From the human T2T-CHM13v2.0 reference genome, Homo sapiens, in NCBI RefSeq assembly GCF_009914755.1, contig NC_060933.1: 64,000 bases of DNA; one strand, 5' to 3'. Under the pieces are notes generated by a model. That model was not told the DNA's origin. It ran no database searches and was given only the letters and a program-made list of their open reading frames with translations. The translations under genes and the position numbers were made by a program. Within the stretch, counting starts at the first letter, position 1. Each line of letters opens with the position of its first letter. Below are positions 12,686 through 26,060 of the stretch, one piece after another.

Positions 12686-14380
12686 AAATCTTTTGTAAAG
12701 TACCAGTTCAAGTTTTTTCCCATTTATATATTGTTTGGTCTGTCTCTCTCTTTTTTAAAAAATTTATTTGTAGATGTTCTATGTATTTGTAGGATACTGT
12801 GAAGAATCATTTATTAATAATATGCATAACAAATGCCTTCTTCCACATTGACATGAAGTTTTCTTTACCATAATGCTATCTTTTGGAAAACCAAAGATAC
12901 TTAATTTTACGATAGTTTAATATACCTTTTCTTCTGATTGTTATTTTATTTTACTGTTTAAAAATCTTTGCCTATGCCAGGGCTTAAAAAATTTCTCCTA
13001 TCATTTTCTTGAAATTTTTGTTGTTCCTTTTTTACATTTAGGTCAGCAATCCTTCTGGAATTTAATTTAGTGTATGGTCAAAGGCAGGAGCTCAACATTT
13101 TTTTTTCTATCAATATATCCAACTTCCCCTTCACCCTTTATTAATAAGGGTCATATTTCCCTCAACACTGTATTGCCACTAATGTAGCAAATTAGGTAAC
13201 CACATTTGTAAAATTATATCCTCTTCTATTGGTCAATTTATCTAAAAATTATCATTGTTTTACACATTTGAGGAAACGGAGTCTTTGGAAAGGGACAATG
13301 GTGGTGTCTGTTTTTCCAGGGTTCTTCACTTTGTAGCCAGCTCTAAAGGTTGGCTTTGAACACAATTGCAGACAGCTGCAACTTCTGTTATTTTAACATT
13401 CTTGGAGTGAGAGCTGTTCGAAAGCTCCATGCAAATGGCTGTAATTTCATTTGCCAAATGTGTGAAAAATATGTATCTCCACATTTTTCTGATAACACAT
13501 AGGTTATGTTTACATTTTTCCATGCATCATTAGGCATAATGTGTTTGTTCTGATGCTTCTTAGAAACCAAAACTCTGCCTGGTCACAGAGAGTAACGGTC
13601 AAGGTGGTTGTACTTCCAGAGGTCAGCATGCCAATTTCAGTGCCATCCTGGTAGCAGACATTGGAACACTCTGTACCTCACTTTCCTCAAAGTAAAAAGA
13701 AGCTAATAAAGAACAAATTTATTATTATCTACAACAAAACTAATTAAAGAACCTATCAATAATTCCCTGAAATAATTATTACAATTGTAAAATGAAAAAA
13801 AAGTGACACCACATTAGATCATTAAAAACTTCTTTGCATAAAGATATTATTCTTGTGTGATGCTTCCCTCCTAGGTTATATTTTGTCCTGCATCCATAAA
13901 GCATTTAACTAAAGGTGATATGCTGTTAAAGAGTAGCAAATAGTGCGATAGAGAGAAATTGACAACTGCCTTCAGTTCATCCTTTAATTTCACATAAATT
14001 CATTCTAAATTTTCTAAACACAGCCTCCCTGGAATCTGTCACACACAGATTTACCCTGGCTTCAGGCTGCTCTCCTGTGGTGTGTGTACCAAGCTTGAAT
14101 ACATGATTAAAATAATTATTTTTTCACTTGAGTGTTTTATTCCATCATTGATGTGTTTGCTTCTCTCTCCCTAGAGTCACTTTTTTTAGTTAGGAAAGTG
14201 AAATTTTGCTAATGTATTACCAGAGGGAAAAAGACAGGAGATTCCATATGGGGAAATAGCCTCTGTTCTTTCCCCATCACAACTCATCTTACTATCAAAA
14301 TCTGAACTTCCTGAAGCATAGCTCTTAGCATTTAATTGAGGGGGGAGCTGTAATCTCTCTCTCTCTTCCCTCCTTCCTGA

Positions 14381-14700
14381 TTTTTATTTTAAGTTAATTA
14401 GAGATTCAAGGGGAGTTGCAAAAACATAGAATCTCAAGAACCCTTTACCTAGCTGCCCCAGTGGTGACACCTTATGTAAATCTAGTACTATATCAAAACC
14501 AGTAAATCACAGTGGGTACAATACTGGTAATTACACTTCAGACCTTATGCAGTTTTCACCAGTTTTTATGCCTCGTGTGTTTGTGTTTATGCAGGTGTGT
14601 GATTTAGTCCTTTGCTAAATGTATATAACCCCCACTACAATCAACACTCTACAGTTCCATCATTACAAAGAAACTCCCTTGTGCTGCCCTTTATTGTGGC
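14381..14700 (-). mobile_element. L1MC/L1MD-like 3' end fragment
   Basis: gaaccctttacctagctgccccagtggtgacaccttatgtaaatctagtactatatcaaaaccag. Confidence 0.7.
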
Positions 14701-14769
14701 TGTCACACTAGGTGTGATATCTCTTTTGAGTCTGCAGAATAAAGCTCAAACTTCTAAGTCAAAGCCCTA

Positions 14770-15199
14770 TGATATGGTTTGGATGTTTGTCCCCTCCAAA
14801 TCTCATGTTGAAATGTGATTCCCAGTGTTGGAGGTGGGGTCTGGTGGGAGGTGATTGGATCATGGAAGTGGATCCCTCATGAATGGTTTATCACCCTTTC
14901 CTTTGTAGTGTGTGGGTTCTTTCTCACTTTGTTCATGCAAAAGCCGGTTGTTTAACACTGTCTGGGACGTCCTCCTTCTCTCTCTTGCTCCTGCTCTCGC
15001 AGTCTCCTCATATGACATGCTGGCTCTCTTTTGCCTTCTGTTATGATTGGGACCTTCCTGAGGCCTCAGCCGAAGCAGATGCCAGCACTGTGCTTCCTAT
15101 ACAGCCTGCAGAACCCTGAGCCAATTAAATCTCTTTTTTTAAAAGTAAATTACCCAGCTTCAGATATTCTTTATGGCAATGCAAAAATGAGCTAATACA
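14770..15199 (+). mobile_element. MSTB-like MaLR solo LTR
   Basis: Starts TGATATGGTTTGGATGTTTGTCCCCTCCAAATCTCATG and ends gcaaaaatgagctaataCA. Confidence 0.9.
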
Positions 15200-16989
15200 C
15201 CCATCAAAAGGGAGGATTTATTTTGAGTGGACAGTGCCTAAGGCATTCACTAGGTGATGGTTTACCTATGGGCAGAGCCATTGAGAGTTCAAAGATTAAT
15301 TCCCATTGTTAAGCCCCTCCTCAGCTTGATCAAGTGAGATCAAGTGATGTAGGTAAATTTTGGCAGAGCACTTCTAAACATTCCCATCCTCTCCAGCCTC
15401 CATTATCTTCATGCAGTCAGTATATACAAAATATTTTGTAAGGACCTGGAAAATTTGGATAGGTGTGTTGCTCTCAGATTCCTTTATTTTAATCATTACC
15501 TGCAATTGGATAGGTAACATGACCTCACCACAGAGGCAGTCTTGAATTCAGAGATGGGCGTGGACTTCATTTCTCCCTCACAATTTGTTCAAAGCTTTGC
15601 AGTGAACATTTTCTGATGCCTTTGTGAATATTAATTGAAAAGCACTGTGTTAGATTTCAACCATTTTTTTCCCACATATATCGTTCCTTCAGATGTGATC
15701 ATGAAGAAGTTTTTATCTTGCCTCTACCAAAGAAAAGATGAGAGGTAGGATTATCAAACCCCATCTAAATTCCTAACATCCACTATGTGCCACTAGGCTC
15801 TAGAGACTTAATAGTGAATCAAATAGATACAGTGCCTACCTTCAGAGAACTTAGTCTAGTAAAAGGATTCTTAAGGACAGCATTCACATACAATCATCTT
15901 AATGTAGCAGTGCCTAGTTCAATGTGTGATACATAGTAAATATTCGTTATATGTTGGGTGGATTCACCAGCAAATGAGTAATTAAACAAATGCCAAGATT
16001 GAGAGGCGTTAACAAAGGTTTTATTATTTTTTCTCTCTAAATTCCATTTTGTAAAGTTTGGAAATTATCGACGCTTTCATAAGAAAATGGTTTCTTTGGT
16101 GTGTAAGATGAAAACTTGAAGCAAAGGCAAGTTTTACAATTCGCAGCTTTACAATCTGCCACCTTTTTTAAGGATTGTATCTGGCTGCATATATTTGGCA
16201 CTGCTCTCTTCCTCACTCTAATTTACAGTGCAACCAATTCAAATAGAATGCAAAAAGAAGCATTACTAAAAAATAAGTATTATCAATTAGCATACAAAAG
16301 TAGAACTGCAGAAGCTCTTTCTGGGTAAGAGGTCCTGAGAGAGCTCAACAGCCCATAGGCAGGAACAATGTTAAACATGCAAGTTTATAGCCCCTTTGGG
16401 GAACTTGAACAAAGGATATCAGCTCCCCATTGGTGGTCCTAAAGCAAATCAATTTTATTTCTCTGTAAACTCATTTGGAAAACAGCTTGATTTGGAGGGA
16501 AAACTCTACGTGTTGTTAAGAGAAAACTGTCACCCATCCAAAACTCTCCAGATTGATCTACAGAATTGACCCTGGCAAAATGTTAATTGTGGGCAGGTCA
16601 TTTGTTCAAGGTTCACACAGAATGCTCTAGTCAAAGCAAATCAGATTTCTTTGTCTTAAGAGAAACACTTATGCAGTACAACCCTCTAAGTGTGTACTTG
16701 CAGCCAAAAGGTTCTTGAGCCACTGACAGTGGATGTGCTATTATAACCATTCCCTTTCTGTGTTATTTTTTACCTCATGGCTTGGCATGATGCTGTCTCC
16801 TCTGGGTGGTATTCACAAGTCCTGGAATCATCATGCAGCCTGTTTTTCTGGGCTATCTCTGTGTATTTTGCACGTTACATGACCCTCTTACCATGGTCTG
16901 TGAAGCCCCCTGTGATCAGAACTTTGTCTACAGAACCGGATTCATCTCCCTCCATGCTCCCCTCTTGCATTTTCTATTTCAGCCAACTT

Positions 16990-17340
16990 AAATGAATTAT
17001 AATTTCCTAAAAACACCTTGCCAGATCATGCTATCTGCCTTGACCTTGACTCACGCTGCTTCTCCTTGAAATGTCCTGCCTCTCCATGTTGAACTAATAT
17101 ACTTTCTGTTTTCAAACCTCATTACAAAACTCACCTTCTTTTTTAACTGCTCCTATAGAATTGGCCATTGCCCCTTTTGTGGCCTCCATGATCTGATGGA
17201 TATAATTTAGTTACTGCATTTAGGTCATCTCTCCTGCAATTTTTAAAACACCTTTGTACCCTCAGTGTCTGCAACAATGCGTGGCTAACAGCAGGCATCA
17301 CTGAATGTCTGTGGGATTAAAAAAAAAAAAGAATGAATGT
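16990..17340 (+). mobile_element. L2 3' end
   Basis: tgcttctccttgaaatgtcctgcc...tttgtaccctcagtgtctgcaacaatgcgtggc...gaatgaatg. Confidence 0.6.
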
Positions 17341-17631
17341 TGGTTAAGCAGGCAGCGGTTTGAAACCTGTGTTAGCTTTTCAGAGTTGGGAAATTAACAT
17401 AAATGTGCCAAACCTCAGTTTTCTCATGTGGGAACTGCTGAGTCATAAATGAAAGAAGTGAGATATAAAGGAGGTGGCATATATAGGCATTCAATATTGC
17501 TAGTTCCTTTCCTTATTCCCCTCACCTTGAATTGTGATGACTAAAGCAGAAACTGCATTAAGTAAGTCTAAGTGGCATTATTGACCATGAGGAAATAGAA
17601 AACAGTATCTAAGAAGTACTGAGCCAAACAT

Positions 17632-17676
17632 TGCGTGTGTGTGTCTGTGTCTGTCTGTGTGTGTGTATGTGTGTCT
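17632..17676. repeat. Interrupted (TG)n microsatellite
   Basis: Seen directly. Confidence 0.9.
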
Positions 17677-17805
17677 CTAGAGACAATCATCTACCTATAG
17701 GATGGGAAAGAGAAGCAAGTATTGGCTTTCAGAAGAGGTATTTTAGGTTTAGGTAGTCTTCATTTTACTGTTGGTGAATGAAAATGCTCAATTTTTATTT
17801 AATAG

Positions 17806-18181
<376 letters not shown>

Positions 18182-18559
18182 TAGGCCACACCTTCAGAAA
18201 ATAATGATACAGCTGTATTTGGGGTATCTGTGAAAGCCAGAATTTGCTTCTGTCCTTGTGCATACCTCTCAACTCAAAGGCTTTGTCCCAGCAGCCTTGT
18301 TTCAACTATGAATACACTGAACTGGACCCAACCCAGGGTAAGCTCAATGGCAATCCCCTCAAACCCCATTGTTGGACCTGGGCTAAGACATTCAACTCAT
18401 TCTGTGCTGGAAGCTTGAAAGAAAAAGACACAAACTCTGGGGCACTGGAGTGGTACACTTTCCTGAGTATGCTTAGGGGAGCAAAGAAATCCAATCTGGA
18501 TTTCACAGACCATTATGTCAATGAGATGTGATTGGGTGTTATGAGAAAGAAAAAAAAAG

Positions 18560-18750
18560 GCCCTGCAGTAAAATATGTGTGGTTATCTCTAGTTTAAACA
18601 AAATTGAGTTTAACCAGTTTTCTTACTATAGGATTTCTCAAAGCCTATAAAATGGTAATGTGTTTTGTGACTCCCCATGATATTTATACTATATGTAGTT
18701 ATTTCCATCTTCTAGATTATGGCAAACCCATGGGACTAGTGGCCCATGGA
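18560..18750. mobile_element. MER103-like hAT-Charlie fragment
   Basis: gtttaaacaaaatt...cagttttcttactataggatttctcaaagcctataaaatggtaatgtgttttgtgactccc. Confidence 0.55.
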
Positions 18751-18959
18751 TGATACTTGCTATTGTGTGTCATGTAGATTCTGAATAAGATAGGTTTAAT
18801 CCTGCTCCCACTAATGACCTTCTTTGTGACCTTGTATAAAGCACTTGACCTCCCTAAGCCTCTACACTACATATGTAAACTCAAATCTACTTACATATAA
18901 CATCAGTTCATTTAATCTCTCATCTGACTGTATGAATAGTCCCTATGCTTGTGTCTCAA

Positions 18960-19460
18960 AATAATGGTACTTTTAGGAAACAAGTAGTACACAGTCAAAA
19001 AAGTGGTATGTAGAAGGGTTTAATATAGGTATGGTTAATAATCAGGTGAATAGGGTTATGGGAAACCAAGAAGGATTGAGAAAGTACCACAGTGTTAGCA
19101 AGAACCAGGCACTGTTGGTGCCCCTGGTCTAAAGAGATAAGATGATTAGACAGTTTTAGGAACCTGGAGGGATTAATAACAAGTAATAGCAAAGGGCCAC
19201 CTAACACAAGTAGTGGCTTCAATAAAGGGATAGAGCCAAGCCACAGTAACCAAAAAGGAAGAGACCTAAGAAGCAAATACTCCAACCTTGTCTCCCCGTG
19301 CCCTCCAGATCTGTTGTCACACCTCTCTTTGGCTAAACCCACCAGAAGCCATCGGCAAAGGAGCTTACTGATGCAGTCAATAACAGCCTCCTGGGCACAG
19401 AGCGGGGCTGAGGAGGGTAGGGAGCAGATCTGCAGTTACAAACAGTTGGCAAGTTGGCAG
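18960..19460 (-). mobile_element. ERVL-type solo LTR (subfamily uncertain)
   Basis: ggctaaacccaccagaagccatcggcaaaggagc...tgatgcagtc...cagcctcctgggcacagagcgggg...gatctg. Confidence 0.6.
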
Positions 19461-22193
19461 CACACTCGGCTCATGGATAAATCAAAAGGCAGGGAGTCAA
19501 GATGACAGCATACTCTTTGGAGAAATTGTGAAATCATGCTGCTGAAGATGGCATCAAAGTCAGCCTCCCTGAGTCTCTCAAAGTGTGGCCCACACTGCTA
19601 AATGTTTCGGAGGGTTTTTCCTAATTTGGAGAAATCAAATATTTAAAAGCAGACCCACTTTGAAGTCTCTCAGCAAGCAGCAAATCTGAGAATTGATAGA
19701 TCCAGTTATTAAAAGTCTGTCCATCTGAGCAATCTGTTTGCCTGCCTTTCTTGCTGTGTTGGTAATTTTGCAAAAACTACTGAATTTGCTCTCCTCCTCA
19801 CTGCAGATTGTAGACAGAGTAAAGGATGTCTGTTGGTTGTCTATCGTCCTTTAAGAAGGATAAGAAGAACCCCTCCTGCCTCTTTCAAAGACTCCCAACC
19901 TTCTCTGGACATTTAGAGAAGGGAATATTGGGAAAATTATCATTAAGGAAGTAATTGTATGTGTTTGTATTTTATGTTGATGCAGGCAGAAAAGAACCTC
20001 ATTCTTCCCAGCTCCCTATTATCTCACGCAGAGATGTGCTCTAGCTACTATCTTTGGTCTGCCTCTCCAGATTGAGAAATCGTCACTCAGAGACAGCTCT
20101 GTGGCCTGTAAGATGAAGAAAGAGACTCAGGAGCTGAAGAAGAATCTCAAGGAGAGATTGAAAAAGAAAGAACAAGTTAAAAGCCAATGGTGGGGGAAGG
20201 GGAGCTCAGACAAAGAAAAGAGGAAAAAAATTAAAAATAAATAAATAACAGTGCACTGCCCAAAGTGAAACTTAGTTTCTGGCTATTTACTGCCAAGTAT
20301 AAAGTCCCAGGAACTAAGAATCCTTTAGCATTTCTGTTTCCATCTGAATTATTATTGAACTGTTGGGCACAATTAATTGTGAATTATACCCAACGAGTGC
20401 CTACAATCACTAGCACGGAAGAGAATGTTCACCATATGCCAGATCATAAATGTCTCTTTCCCACAGGAGTGACTTACCTCCTCAGCAAGAATCTATTCAT
20501 CCTATTCTTAATGATGCTTGCCCTTTTTTTTTTTTTTTTAATAAGGCACTATTTGAAGCAGAGAATGTGGAAAACTACAGCCGTAGTCTAGGGAAGACAT
20601 AATAGAATTGCAAGCAACCTTGACCAATTTGAGAGACAAATTTGTTCTGATATAAAAACATTTAATAATAAGGAAAATCACAGAGCATTTTGTGCTGGTT
20701 GACCTATAAAATTCCCCAAATTCTATGCTGGATGGGCTTGGCCATATGCAAAATTTCAACATAGAAAAATCTAAGAATCTAGGTAAATATCACAGTACTT
20801 AACAATCAGAAAAATAGGGTCGGTACTATGAATGTAAACAGGCTACACATGTATTTAAAAGAAATGGGGTTGGGGGACGGGGAGTGGGGTGTTCATACAC
20901 TTCATGTTCAACACCTGATTCATCTACTGAAGTCTGTGTCTAATTCAGAGCCCAGTAACTCACACTTATGATTAAGAGTGGTGAATGATTTCAAGTTTCT
21001 ATAGAAGGATATAGACCCCAAATAGAGCACTGTGTGAGTTCTTTCTGTCCAAGAATCAAAGTTCCCTAACCTTTTTCATTTATCTTGTCTCCCTTACTGT
21101 CAGCTCTCCTCCACATGAACACCGTCTATTTTCCTCTCTCTCAAATGACTTCCTTGTCACTGTACTATCACCTGCTAAAACACGTGGCCTCTGCCAGGTA
21201 GATCCTGCTCCACCATCTATCTCAACTCTGCACCATCTATAAGCTCAGGTGATAATCAATGTCAACAATTATATATAAGAGAGAAAAAGAGAATTTAACC
21301 ACAAGTTTCATTCAATCACAGTTGACCTTGGAACCTAAGATAGGTAAGGCCATAGCTTGAACTCATGCGAACAGTATAATGGGATATAAAGGATTAAGGA
21401 ACTCCTGATAACACCCTTTCTCCCAAATGCCAAGGCATACGATAAATATTGTGCCAAACTCATTTGTCTTAACTGATGGTAGAATAAAAAAATAAAAAAT
21501 AAATTTAAAAAAACCCACCCAAAAAAAAAAATTTGTCAAACAACAACAGCAACGACAACCCATCCAGAAAAGTATGAAGTTAATTGATTCATTGTCGAAC
21601 ACCTCTACAAGTAGCCCTAGGGTGTGTATAGGAATTCCATGCAACCAGGGTAGTTTGTTTGTTTGTTTGTTTGTTTGTTTGTTTAATGACTGTGCTCTTC
21701 TTAGACCTGATCCTGATTCTTCTTGAAGTATTCCTTATTCAGAAGTCCTCAACAAATTCTTCACCTAGAACAGTGCCTGATGTATCATATATGTTCAATA
21801 AAAGCTTGATCAGTGAAGTCACATCTTCTACCAAGGGCAAATATTTTAATGCAGATGAATTTTAAGACAATTTTTACCTATTCTCTGCATATTATCAACT
21901 AATTATCTTATAGCTCTATTGCAAGGGTTAATTAGATAATACATATAACTTGTTTATAACAATGATTGTATGTGTTGAATTATTTTATTTCATAGATTCA
22001 CTTTCTAGTCAATCTTTTCTAAACCTTCTCCATTTAAGACTACTACTTATTTGCTAAACAGTTAATGCTATCCTTCATTTTGGGTCACAGCTTATGCATT
22101 CTCTAAAATATGGGAATATTTGTCATAACTGGCACATTTCCTTTGTCAGAGAGACAATGGTGGCCAGAGATGGATAAAAAATCAAAGTTCCCA

Positions 22194-22579
22194 GGTTATA
22201 GGCTGAATCCTGCCCTACTTCCCCCCATTTATATGTTGAAGTCCTAATCCCTGGTGCTTCAGTATATTTATGTATTAGGAGATAGGATCTTTAAACAGGT
22301 AATTAAGTTAGCAAGAAGTCATTAGGGTCAGCCCTAATCCAATAGTACTGGTGTCCTTATAAGAAGACGAGATTAGGAAAGAGACACCTACAGAAGGAAG
22401 GCTGTGAGAAGACACAGAGAATATGGTAATCTATAATCCATGGAAAGAGGTTTCAGAAGACTAACCCTGTCAACACCCAGATCCTTGACATGTAGCCTCC
22501 AGAACTCTGAGAACATTTCTGCTGTTTAAGCCACTCAGCCTTTGGTAGTTTGTTACAGGAGCCCTAGCAAACTAATATG
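22194..22579 (+). mobile_element. MLT1B-like MaLR solo LTR
   Basis: tatgttgaagtcctaa...ccctaatccaatagtactggtgtccttataagaag...gccctagcaaactaata. Confidence 0.9.
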
Positions 22580-22609
22580 CCTCAAGAATTCTGGGATGTC
22601 AAAGCAGAA

Positions 22610-23035
22610 AGAGTGGAGAAACCCGGACTCAAAATGTGGCATTGTCACCAGGTTACTATCTCAACTCTGTAACCTGGAGAAAAATTTCTCAGCATTGTGA
22701 GGCTAGAACTCCAGATAGACTTACAACTTTATTCTAGTTTCACCCTTATTAGCAAGGTAACTAATCTCTTGGAATTTAAGTTTCTTTGTCTGAGGCAGGG
22801 GAACAAGCAATTTCCATCACAGAGTTTAGATGGGAGTCATTATCAAAATGCATTTTCAGTAATTTGTGCTATGTTGAACATATTAGTAAATACTATTAAA
22901 TAATAGCTATTATGATGATGATTAATATTATTATCATTACTTATCTCTCCATGCCTCAGTTTTAACATTTAAAAAAGTGAATACCACTACCTAACTAGCA
23001 AGATTGGTGTGAAAAGCAAGTGAACTAATGATGAT
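22610..23035 (+). mobile_element. MIR fragments
   Basis: gcaaggtaactaatctcttgga..., cttatctctccatgcctcagtttt...accactacctaac. Confidence 0.55.
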
Positions 23036-23048
23036 GAAAGAAGGTTTC

Positions 23049-23230
23049 GGTGGTTAGTCCAGGGGGGGTGATGGTGGTGGAAGTAGTTGCCCCAAGTACA
23101 GGCAATAAGGTGATGTGTCATCTGTGGAGAATTTAAATATAATAACACATCTGACTATTAATAAATTTGGTGTGCTTTAACAATGTAAGTGATTAAATAC
23201 CTTTGGTGTGAATTTCTCCCACCCTCAGCG
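23049..23230 (+). mobile_element. MER97-like hAT-Tip100 fragment
   Basis: gccccaagtacaggcaataagg...tctgtggagaatttaaatataataac...aacaatgtaagtgattaaatac. Confidence 0.5.
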
Positions 23231-24078
23231 CAAAATATTATAAACTAAAATGGGCCAAACCAAGATGAGATTAAAAAGACACCAAATATAATTATATGCG
23301 CTTCACAACTTCTGAACAGTTACTCTAGTAAGTGCCAAGCTAAAAACCTCACCTGTTATTTCATTCGATCTGTAGGCTCACCCTACAAAGTGGATCTAAA
23401 AAAGATGAAGTCAGGGGTCCAAGGTCACAAAATGAATTGCAAAGTCTGCATTTGAAACAAGGGACTCTGACTCCAGAAGTAGACCAGTTTTGTAACAGTC
23501 CTCATCATGATTTAAAGAAGAAATGCCTTCCTCCCTCTTTCTTCCTGGGCAATGTGCAAAGAAGGAGGAAGCATCTCCCATGCTTGGCCTGGACCCTGTA
23601 TATAGCCTGCAATTCTCCAACACAATCTTGATGGCTATCACTCTTGATGTGTCCTGTTCCTACTGAGCCACTGTCTGGATCTGACTCATTTGGTGATTTA
23701 TGGACCATGTCAGTGCAATTTAGTGTCTTAATCCTCCTAGTCAAGGACTATCAAACGTCTTCTAAAACCTCCAATGTCCTTTAGAGGGAAAGAAGTAGAA
23801 CTCAAATGTTAGCAGCTTTTGTGACTTTAGGTGAAAAAAAAAAAATACATTGAGCAAAGTCCCAACAGACGTGGAAACCCAGGTCTGCAAGTTATTAGCT
23901 TTGTGACTTTGGATATGTCAGTTTCCTTCTTTGATCTCTATGTCACAATATCTGCCACCACTGGGCTTTTGACTTGTTTACAGATTTGTCTCTTTCTCTG
24001 GGCTGTGAACACCTAAAATAATAAAACACACAATTTTATAAAGATAATTGTGTCTTTTTATTTTAAATTCTTAGAACC

Positions 24079-24115
24079 TAGACTATCAATTATGTGGCCA
24101 ATAATTGATAGTCTA
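24079..24115. repeat. Perfect 15-bp inverted repeat with 7-nt loop
   Basis: tagactatcaattat-gtggcca-ataattgatagtcta. Confidence 0.95.
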
Positions 24116-24459
24116 CAAACATTTGATGAATAAATGCACTGATAAATTGAGTTAGATTAAGTCCTATTAAGACATTTGCGTGAAGGTTTTTACTAGGGTC
24201 TTAAGTTGCACACAAATCTGAATATATATGTGGGTAGTTCTGAGGAGTAAGTTCACAATTTCATCTTATTTTAAGAACCCCCACATGAAAATGTGAATGT
24301 AATTACATATTTTGGAATAAAGAAAATTATATTGTAAATTAAAGGCAGATTCTATGGATTGAAATAAGCTTAAAACAAAAGGATGTTTCAGAAGTACAGA
24401 ATAAGATCAGATTTTTTTTCCAGGAAGGTAAATAATTTTACTTTGCATTCCTTTGGCTT

Positions 24460-24545
24460 TCTCTCTCTCTCTTTCTCTTTCTCTCTCTCTCTCTCTATAT
24501 ATAGATAGATAGATAGATAGATAGATGATAGATAGATAGATATAT
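24460..24545. repeat. Compound STR (TC)n(TA)n(GATA)n
   Basis: Seen directly; GATA run interrupted once by GAT. Confidence 0.95.
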
Positions 24546-25579
24546 GTAAATATATAATTTTAATTTATATATCTCAAAATTTGATATATATGTCAAAATT
24601 TTTAATCTAAAAGAAACCATAAAGTTTATTTACTTTGGCTCCTCGATGTTTTGCTGAGGAGATGGCTCAGAAAGAAGAAGGGATATGCCAAAGATCAAAC
24701 AGCTCATCAATCTCAAATCTCCTGATTCTCTTTCGATACACAAAATCTTTTTCTAGCATTTTTTCCAAACAGTGGATATGTTTATTTCAGAAATATGTTA
24801 CTTAATCTCAATATGTAAACTGAAATAATGGATTGTTCTTACTGAAGCAGGTTGTAGGGACCTGGCACTGAAGCACATTCCCTGAAGCACGAGATCTATA
24901 AATTCTAGTTTGAAATCTACTGGACTACTTTATGCTAGATTTCTTACTATTTTAAATGTAAATTAAAAATGCAAATCAGTTAAGAAACTCTTGCATGACC
25001 ATTACATGAATAGACCCTTGCAGAAGAGAAATTGAATGATGTTGCCAGTCTAAAGCTCACCTTTAAGGACACAGAGGCACAGAATTCTCCCCCTTCCTCC
25101 AAGCTCTCCAGCAATATGTCCTTGCTCCCTGCATAAGCTGTCAGAGCAGACAATTGCCTGGATGGATGATGGATGGCATTTCTCAGATTTTTACTTACCC
25201 TCAGCGGTCTTTGGCATGATATATAAAATGTCTGTTTTTTGGTTCCTGTCTCAGTGTTTTCTTGCTTGCTTATGTAAGGGATGGCATATCTCACTTGGGG
25301 ATTATTATTGTTCAGAGATACCATTTACTTGGTCTTCTCAGTCTTGGCACTAGAATGATGATGTAAAAGGTGTACTGGGTCCAGATCTACTGTTCTTTAA
25401 TGGTACCCAAGTAGGAGACCCAGTGGGCCAGCCCTCAGCGGAGACCAGCCCTTCCCACAATGATATTTGTTTGGATTTGCTTTAATATTGCCAGTTGCAG
25501 GACAGGAAAACAGAAAGTCTTTTATTCTTATATACCACAAGAATAAATTTTCGAATAAGTTTTCTCACCATCTTACTTG

Positions 25580-26060
25580 ACCCACTAAAAACCCTTTAAT
25601 GGGCCCTTCTTGCACACATAATCAAGTCTAACTTCCTTTCATGGATTTCAAAGCTCTTGCACATCTCCCGCCTGCCCACACCTCTAGCATCCTTCTCAGC
25701 CACATCTCTGATTGAATCTTTTCCCAAGTCACTCAGAGTTTTCTTCTCCACCTTTAAGACATTGATTCTTCTTTATCTCCAGGCCTGAATATGTGCTGCT
25801 TTCACTACTTGAACACTTATTTCTGCTGTCTCTACCTCCCTCTTTCCTCTATTCATAGATTCAACTTCACCTCCCTCAAGAGGCCTCCCCTGACTCCAGT
25901 GGAGCATGTTCAAGGGCACGTTTTTGTACTGTTCCTACCAGATTGCTTAATACATTCATAGAAAGGGATTGTTTTATTGTCTATCTTTCTTATAGCTGTA
26001 AATTTCATGAGCACAGAAAATATGCTAACCTAACTCATGTTGGTGTCCCCAGAGTACCTC
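25580..26060 (+). mobile_element. L2 fragment
   Basis: aaaaccctttaatgggccc...caagtctaacttcctttcatggatttcaaagctct...cacctccctcaagaggcctcccctgac...ctgtaaatttcatgagcacag. Confidence 0.65.

Larger units (their letters stand above)
11110..13260 (-). mobile_element. Old L1M fragment, interrupted by AluY and a TA-rich repeat
   Basis: cattctcattgctgtata, caccaacacttgatatt, ttaattttcatttccctgat, ttacatttaggtc...ggaatttaatttagtgtatgg. Confidence 0.75.

Noticed and set aside
19115-19131. Possible CTCF site (gaccaggggcacc on minus strand)
   Set aside because: One G short of the core spacing and a poor 5' match.
18995-19342. 115-aa leucine-rich ORF
   Set aside because: Lies in an LTR-like element; pyrimidine-rich strand composition explains it.
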